DNA from: a virus
Taxonomy: Duplodnaviria > Caudoviricetes
Virus record (IMG/VR): IMGVR_UViG_3300029288_000106
Location: 32,001-96,000 of that record
Length of the DNA: 64,000 nt
Direction: 5' to 3' (one strand)
Below are positions 58,629-64,000 of the stretch, piece after piece. The first letter of the stretch is position 1, and the number at the start of each line of letters is the position of its first letter. The position numbers and the translations under genes were made by a program. The notes beneath the pieces are model-generated. The model was given only the letters and a program-made list of their open reading frames with translations. It was not told the origin of the DNA and ran no database searches.

Positions 58629-60575
58629 TTATAAGTAGTCTCTATCAACTGTTTTCTTTAGTTTAGCTACCGAAACTGGGTTGTTGCGACAATCAAACCC
58701 ACCACCTACCTTCTGTGGACAACCTTTTAGGGTGGTTAGTTTGTTCTTGCGACAAATAAAACCACCACCAACTTCTTGTGGACAACCTTCTAGAGTAGTG
58801 AGTTGGTTGTTGCGACAATCAAACCCACCACCTACCTTCTGTGGACAACCTTTTAGGGTGGTTAGTTTGTTCTTGCCACAATCAAACCAACCACCAACCT
58901 TCTGTGGACAACCTTCTAGGGTGGTGAGTTTGTTGTCATAACAATAAAAACTACCACCAACTTCCTTAAATTTAACTGGAAGTTTAGTTAGACCTAAATT
59001 AGATAAATCAACGTCTCCAGAACACGAATAAGTACCGTCTGAATTCTTAGTACAGCCTTCTAGTCGACGCTGGACTACTTCGTCTGTCGAAGCTGGTTTA
59101 AATAACGAATCTAAATCTGAGTCTTCGTTAACAACTTCAAATACTTTCAATAACTTGTCTATTAATTTAACTTGATGATCTGAAAAATGCCATCTGACGT
59201 CTTTCTGTTTATCAAACCACTCTCTTGCAGAATTCTTTTTTAGCTCTTCAGACATTGCTTGCCAATCAGCTATCATCTCAGCTATAGCTATATCTGGCAT
59301 GGCCGAAGCATCTATACATATATCTGATTTGTTTCGATCTTTTGCACTAATATTAGCTTTACTCTTATCATCAAGCCAATATTCTGGATGATGAGAATTA
59401 CCAGTAACATGATGTAATGTTGCTTGATTCTCATCTTCTTTAGCTAATAATCCAGGAGTTTGATATCCTTTTCCATTAATTGGATCATAATTATTTTGTT
59501 CATTTTCTAATTTATGTCTCCAAGTTAGTGAAATATATGGAGTCTTTTCTGGATCTTCAAATTTAGATGCATCGTGAACTTGAACATTTGATAATAATTC
59601 TTGAAACTCTGGATAAGCCTTAACAATTTTCTCAGCTGCTTGCTGAACAAGATTAATATGTTTGTTTGTTCTTTGTACAAACCATTCATATTTTTCATCT
59701 GCAGTATTATCAACAGATGGAGTAGCAATAATAGCTTCTAGTGCTGTTGGCTGTTTAACTACTTGATGTCCTTGTCTTGTTAAATTTTTCATTACCTGCC
59801 ATCCTCTACCATAAGCTTTTTTATTTGCCCATGTTTCAAGTCTTTTGGCTAAAAAATTTGGTACATCATCAAATGCATATTCTCCACCAGAAGATGATTT
59901 TATAGTTAGATATCCAGTACTATCATAGCTAATAACTTTATAACTATAATCATCAATACTTTCATTTCTTATTCCTACTTTCTTTTTTGTACCTGTTGTT
60001 TTTAGAATATCTGTTGGACGATCCGGATATCTTAGTTTATTAAGAACATCTAGTATTTCTTTAACTTCAAATATTAAATCTTCAATGCCTTGAGCTTCTG
60101 TTGTATCTGGATCATCAAGAGTTTTAGAATACTCAAGCCATAAATGGTAGATAACTGGATAATCATTATGCCATTGACCAACTGCATTATCTAAAGCTAC
60201 TAACATCTGCTTTTCATCATGTGATTTAAAAGCTCTTTCTATTTCATTCTTTCGTTCAGCAAACTCACTGGCTATAGTCAAGTACACTGTATTTTTTGTT
60301 ATATAATCTGTGCCTTTATTAAGAAAAATATCTGTATGCCACTTGAGATAATTCTCATAAAAGTCTTTCATTGCATCAAGAGCAGTCCAGAGATTATTCT
60401 CGTCTATATTTGGTCTTTCAAGTAATATATCTCGATAAACCTTATAAATAGCTTTAATACCACTACTGGTTACACTTTCAAACAAAAGATCGGGTGTATT
60501 GGTACAAGAAAATACACCCGATACCGGAGGAGGGTAATGAAAAGCTTTTATCATGTTTTCAAGCAGCTGGTTCAT
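58629..60575 (-). CDS. Modular protein: KTSC-like, HD-like (DUF5662-type) and 21-aa LRR-like repeat domains
   Basis: SYD..LTI..SG.EYAFDDVP; HDASKF..HHPEYW..EMIADW; LTTLEGCPQKVGG.F.C..N repeats. Confidence 0.7.
   Translation of the reverse strand: MNQLLENMIKAFHYPPPVSGVFSCTNTPDLLFESVTSSGIKAIYKVYRDILLERPNIDENNLWTALDAMKDFYENYLKWHTDIFLNKGTDYITKNTVYLTIASEFAERKNEIERAFKSHDEKQMLVALDNAVGQWHNDYPVIYHLWLEYSKTLDDPDTTEAQGIEDLIFEVKEILDVLNKLRYPDRPTDILKTTGTKKKVGIRNESIDDYSYKVISYDSTGYLTIKSSSGGEYAFDDVPNFLAKRLETWANKKAYGRGWQVMKNLTRQGHQVVKQPTALEAIIATPSVDNTADEKYEWFVQRTNKHINLVQQAAEKIVKAYPEFQELLSNVQVHDASKFEDPEKTPYISLTWRHKLENEQNNYDPINGKGYQTPGLLAKEDENQATLHHVTGNSHHPEYWLDDKSKANISAKDRNKSDICIDASAMPDIAIAEMIADWQAMSEELKKNSAREWFDKQKDVRWHFSDHQVKLIDKLLKVFEVVNEDSDLDSLFKPASTDEVVQRRLEGCTKNSDGTYSCSGDVDLSNLGLTKLPVKFKEVGGSFYCYDNKLTTLEGCPQKVGGWFDCGKNKLTTLKGCPQKVGGGFDCRNNQLTTLEGCPQEVGGGFICRKNKLTTLKGCPQKVGGGFDCRNNPVSVAKLKKTVDRDYL
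58679..58962 (-). repeat. 63-bp coding tandem repeat (~4.5 units)
   Basis: 58681-58750 identical to 58807-58876. Confidence 0.9.
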
Positions 60576-60992
60576 TTAATTTGGTTTCGAATAAATAGCA
60601 TTTATTGTTACTTTTGATACTAAACCACGCATATCCATATCAACTTCAAGATCTTCAATTGTATAGGCATTTCCATTTATCCAATTGAATTCATAACTAA
60701 CTTCTAACCAATCAATTTTACCAGATATAGTATTCACAACTTTATCATCTGTATCTGTAATTTCTATCTCAAAATTAACCACACCTCGAGGAACAATTGA
60801 AATATCTTTTATTCCCCAACTTCGATATTCCATTTCAATCTCAAATGAAACATTAGCTTTGATAGAACTAACTTCATGATCCACAGGAAGATCTGTTATA
60901 TTAAAGTTTAGAGGAATATTAATTCTATAAAAATTATCTTCAGCTTCTTCATTCAATTTTATATTCATTAGCTTTTCAACTAGATCATCCAT
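60576..60992 (-). CDS. Acidic hypothetical protein
   Basis: 138-aa ORF with KLNEE near the N-terminus. Confidence 0.7.
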   Translation of the reverse strand: MDDLVEKLMNIKLNEEAEDNFYRINIPLNFNITDLPVDHEVSSIKANVSFEIEMEYRSWGIKDISIVPRGVVNFEIEITDTDDKVVNTISGKIDWLEVSYEFNWINGNAYTIEDLEVDMDMRGLVSKVTINAIYSKPN

Positions 60993-63756
60993 TTTTATTG
61001 GCCTTCACAATAACTGCAAATTTCTTCTCGTCTGTACTATCTTTAACAACCTGTCCTTGTTTCTTTCGAGCTAATTCATCCGCATCTGCTTTGTCTTCAA
61101 TACCTTGAGCAATTGTTTTGAATTGCTCTTTTTCTTCTTCATTAAGCTTAGATTCATCACACTCTCCAGCTTCCATCTTCTTAAGTTTAGTATAATACTG
61201 TGGATCTTCAGCAAGATGATCCATAGCTATCTTCTTAGCAATTTCCGGATCATCAGTATGTTCTTTTTCAACCTCAACACCCATAGCTAGTTGTTGTTCA
61301 AAACTCGACTCGAGTTTAGATAAATCAGCTTCTTCTCGAATACTATTCACATCTGTCGATTTGCAGTGTATACAAGCAGCTATGGTCGATTCAAATGTCT
61401 TAGCACAAGCATTGCAGATGTAAAGAGCTGATTTGGATTCATTTTTCTTCTTCATTAATTCAATTTTCTTCTCTACTTCAGCAAGTTGATCTACTATATC
61501 ACCTTCTTCATCTTTAGCCTGATCCCAACCACCTGATCCACTAGCTGCTATTCTCTGGCACATTCTTTTTGCCGCTTTAAGATCTTGTTTAAGTTCTGCC
61601 TTTTGTTTTTCAAGATCTTGTAAAGTCTCTTTTCTTTCGTTTGTTTTCTTTTTCTTCTTACTGTGTTTTTTACCACACATTTCTTCAATATCTTCATCTT
61701 TCTGAACTTCATGTCCTTTAATATCAAAAGTATCAACAAGAGGTCCACCAGGGCCTGCAGCATACTCTATATCAACTGTACCATCATTCCAAATAGCTGT
61801 AATAACTCCTCGACCTTCATCAAATATAACTCTATCATTTTTCTTTATATCTTTTCCATAAATATCACGACTAACTGGTATCTCTTCTAATTCTTCTTCT
61901 AATAATACACTTCTCTTATCAATCGAAGACAAACCACCTTCTACAATTCCATTAACTCTTTCAAAAATTGATTCAAATGTATCTTTAATCTCTTCATCTT
62001 GAACCGGTATCATTGTAGAAGGTTCTTTATCGTTTGGTTTAGCTTTGAAGTCAACTGGAGCTAATCCAACTGCAATAGCAGCTATATCTTCAGCAGGATC
62101 GTAATCTTTGTTATCTAGTGCTGGTTGATCAATCTCAGTCTTCTTGGCCGGACTGTCAGTTGATTCGTCTGCTCTACCAACCGATTCAAGATTTGAACTA
62201 TCACAATCTGGACAACAACCATTCCATGATATGGCTTGTACATCAGCTTCTTCTCCTCTACCTACAGAGAAGATTCTATCACACGTTTTGCATTTGTATG
62301 ATTCAATTACTGTTTCGTTAATTGATTCATCAGTAATATTAGAAGCATTAATTTTTGTATCCAACATCTTTTCTATAAACTCAATTACTTCTTTGGTCCA
62401 ATGATCTTGATTTAAAAAAGGCACAATTTCTTTTGCGAGTTCTTCTTTTGAATACTTTTCTAAAGCACTTCCAATAAATCTGCGCATAGTATATTTCCAA
62501 AGCTGATCATCAAGATCATCTCCTGGCTCTTTATCAACAAGACTAATATCTATTTTATTAATAACATCTTCAGCATCACCTGCCCAATCATCTACTTCAT
62601 AAGAAGCTTCATCGGCTGGATCATCAACTTCCCAGAGTTCTTTTCCTAATTTTTTAGCTAAAGCTTGCCAGTCCTTCATTTTTTTATTGTATTGTTCAAT
62701 TGCATCAAGTCTACTTTTATTCAATTCCGGATTTTCCTCTTCCCATTTTCCTTCGTTGAGTTTTGATTCATCAAGAAAAAGAGAAGCTTTTATTCCAAGA
62801 GCTTTTGACACTAACTTAATATCATCAACTTCCCATCCTTCTCCTTCTTTCACTAAGCTTAAAAATTCTTGTTGTATAGCTTCTGCACCAAATTTTTTAA
62901 CTGCATATTTAATAGTAGTTTGCACTATCTCCTTCTTTTTCTCTCCCCAAAACCCAGCACCTTCACCACCACTCCAAAACATATCCACAATAGTAGCAAT
63001 AGCATCTACAACATCTTTTGCTTTATCTATCTCTTCTATCTCTTCTATTTCTTTCTCATTGAGCTTTGATTCGGTATACCTGCTTTTCAAAGTTATGTTA
63101 GCAATCTCTTCATCAGACATATCCTGGGCCTTTAAACTAGATTGCTTGATAGCCTCAATAAATTTAGGTGGATTTTTATGATATAATGATCTTGGTGATC
63201 TAGATGAATTAAGATCTCTAAAATTTCTATAACCCATATACTGAGCAAAACTATCTAAATCTACCATACCTACATCAAAAGCTTGAGCAAATTCAGCCCA
63301 AATAGATTTCCGTGGGATTGAATTAGAAAAAGTATTAGCTTCATTTAATCTCTTCTCCGTTGCACTATCACCAACTAACGAAGCAAATATCTTTTGTGCT
63401 TCATGTTCCATACTTATTTCTATATCTTCTTCCTCTTCCTCAGGAGTCTCTTCTGTCTTCAGAGCTGGAGGAGGAGTTTGTTTAGCAACTTCTTGAGCTA
63501 TAGCTAAAGCTTCATTATACTCAACTTTAAACATACTACTAGCTACTTCAGCCAATTCTTCTGAAGTCCAATGATCTCCAAATTCTTGAGCCTTCTGAGC
63601 AAAAGTTTCCATATAGCGTCTGGTTATATCTTGTGGAGTCTTGCCTTCCCCTCTCCATTCACCTTCTGTAAGTATAATAGCATTTATCTTCTCGTAAATA
63701 GTTTGATCTGCTTTTCTAGTTGCTTCTGTTATAGCTTCAAACATTTCTCTGAACAT
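60985..63756 (-). CDS. Large acidic modular head-associated protein (zinc ribbons, DUF5661-like domain)
   Basis: Repeated ESKLNE; CKTC..CPDC; CNAC..CIHC; MGVEVEKEH..IAMDHLAEDPQYY. Confidence 0.7.
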   Translation of the reverse strand: MFREMFEAITEATRKADQTIYEKINAIILTEGEWRGEGKTPQDITRRYMETFAQKAQEFGDHWTSEELAEVASSMFKVEYNEALAIAQEVAKQTPPPALKTEETPEEEEEDIEISMEHEAQKIFASLVGDSATEKRLNEANTFSNSIPRKSIWAEFAQAFDVGMVDLDSFAQYMGYRNFRDLNSSRSPRSLYHKNPPKFIEAIKQSSLKAQDMSDEEIANITLKSRYTESKLNEKEIEEIEEIDKAKDVVDAIATIVDMFWSGGEGAGFWGEKKKEIVQTTIKYAVKKFGAEAIQQEFLSLVKEGEGWEVDDIKLVSKALGIKASLFLDESKLNEGKWEEENPELNKSRLDAIEQYNKKMKDWQALAKKLGKELWEVDDPADEASYEVDDWAGDAEDVINKIDISLVDKEPGDDLDDQLWKYTMRRFIGSALEKYSKEELAKEIVPFLNQDHWTKEVIEFIEKMLDTKINASNITDESINETVIESYKCKTCDRIFSVGRGEEADVQAISWNGCCPDCDSSNLESVGRADESTDSPAKKTEIDQPALDNKDYDPAEDIAAIAVGLAPVDFKAKPNDKEPSTMIPVQDEEIKDTFESIFERVNGIVEGGLSSIDKRSVLLEEELEEIPVSRDIYGKDIKKNDRVIFDEGRGVITAIWNDGTVDIEYAAGPGGPLVDTFDIKGHEVQKDEDIEEMCGKKHSKKKKKTNERKETLQDLEKQKAELKQDLKAAKRMCQRIAASGSGGWDQAKDEEGDIVDQLAEVEKKIELMKKKNESKSALYICNACAKTFESTIAACIHCKSTDVNSIREEADLSKLESSFEQQLAMGVEVEKEHTDDPEIAKKIAMDHLAEDPQYYTKLKKMEAGECDESKLNEEEKEQFKTIAQGIEDKADADELARKKQGQVVKDSTDEKKFAVIVKANKNG

Positions 63757-63777
63757 TTATATACTCCTTGATATACT

Positions 63778-64000
63778 CTAAATTCTAAGTTTTGATTCGT
63801 TAGTATCGCTGCCATAGCTTTCAGCTTTATCTTTTACAGTCATTCCTTGATATCCATCTTCGTTTGCTATCTCAACATCAGATCCAGCTACACTATCTGC
63901 TTCCTTCTTGCCTTCTCCTATCGTAATCTGAGGTTCAGGATCACAAGTTAATCTATCAGAACCATCCCCATCAAATGACATAGCAAACAATCCTGAATGA
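63778..64000 (-). CDS. Partial acidic protein (5' end probably outside window)
   Basis: Frame open to the window edge; ends TNESKLRI. Confidence 0.55.
   Translation of the reverse strand, partial: HSGLFAMSFDGDGSDRLTCDPEPQITIGEGKKEADSVAGSDVEIANEDGYQGMTVKDKAESYGSDTNESKLRI

Noticed and set aside
58629-58962. Diversity-generating retroelement target
   Set aside because: No reverse transcriptase or separate template repeat seen
137-63771. Short opposite-strand or nested ORFs in the track (e.g. 5017-5331, 8137-8337, 49723-50079, 62687-63181)
   Set aside because: Shadows of well-supported longer genes, with no motifs
1-64000. Genome-wide stop-codon reassignment
   Set aside because: TAA, TAG and TGA all end full-length conserved genes; only one suspicious in-frame stop

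Overview
AT-rich 64-kb segment of a large tailed-phage (myovirus-like) genome, densely coding, in three blocks. (1) 88-7851 (-): family A DNA polymerase fused to a family-4 uracil-DNA glycosylase, a beta-clamp, and a 7-deazaguanine DNA-modification group (DpdA/TGT-like, CxxCxxCC protein, DUF2156/Fem-like transferase, QueE). (2) 7986-27026 (+): initiator-like gene with internal iterons, DnaB-like and SNF2 helicases, primase, FolE, many small early genes behind repeated sigma70-like promoters, a sigma-like factor, QueC, an aberrant tRNA and two cysteine peptidases. (3) 27172-64000 (-): 16-gene glycan synthesis/methylation cluster, T4-like contractile tail and baseplate module, and acidic modular head-associated proteins. 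The leading hypothesis is an undescribed aminoacylated 7-deazaguanine DNA modification: the DpdA-like enzyme and a putative aminoacyl-tRNA-dependent transferase end in clamp-binding-like motifs, and the phage encodes a tRNA with alanine identity, a 6-nt anticodon loop and a weak-EF-Tu T-stem. Also notable: a dispersed ~45-bp palindromic element (5 copies), an in-frame stop splitting an FN3/baseplate fusion, and a probable frameshift before the tape measure gene. Family assignments come from motif recognition by eye; no database searches were run.
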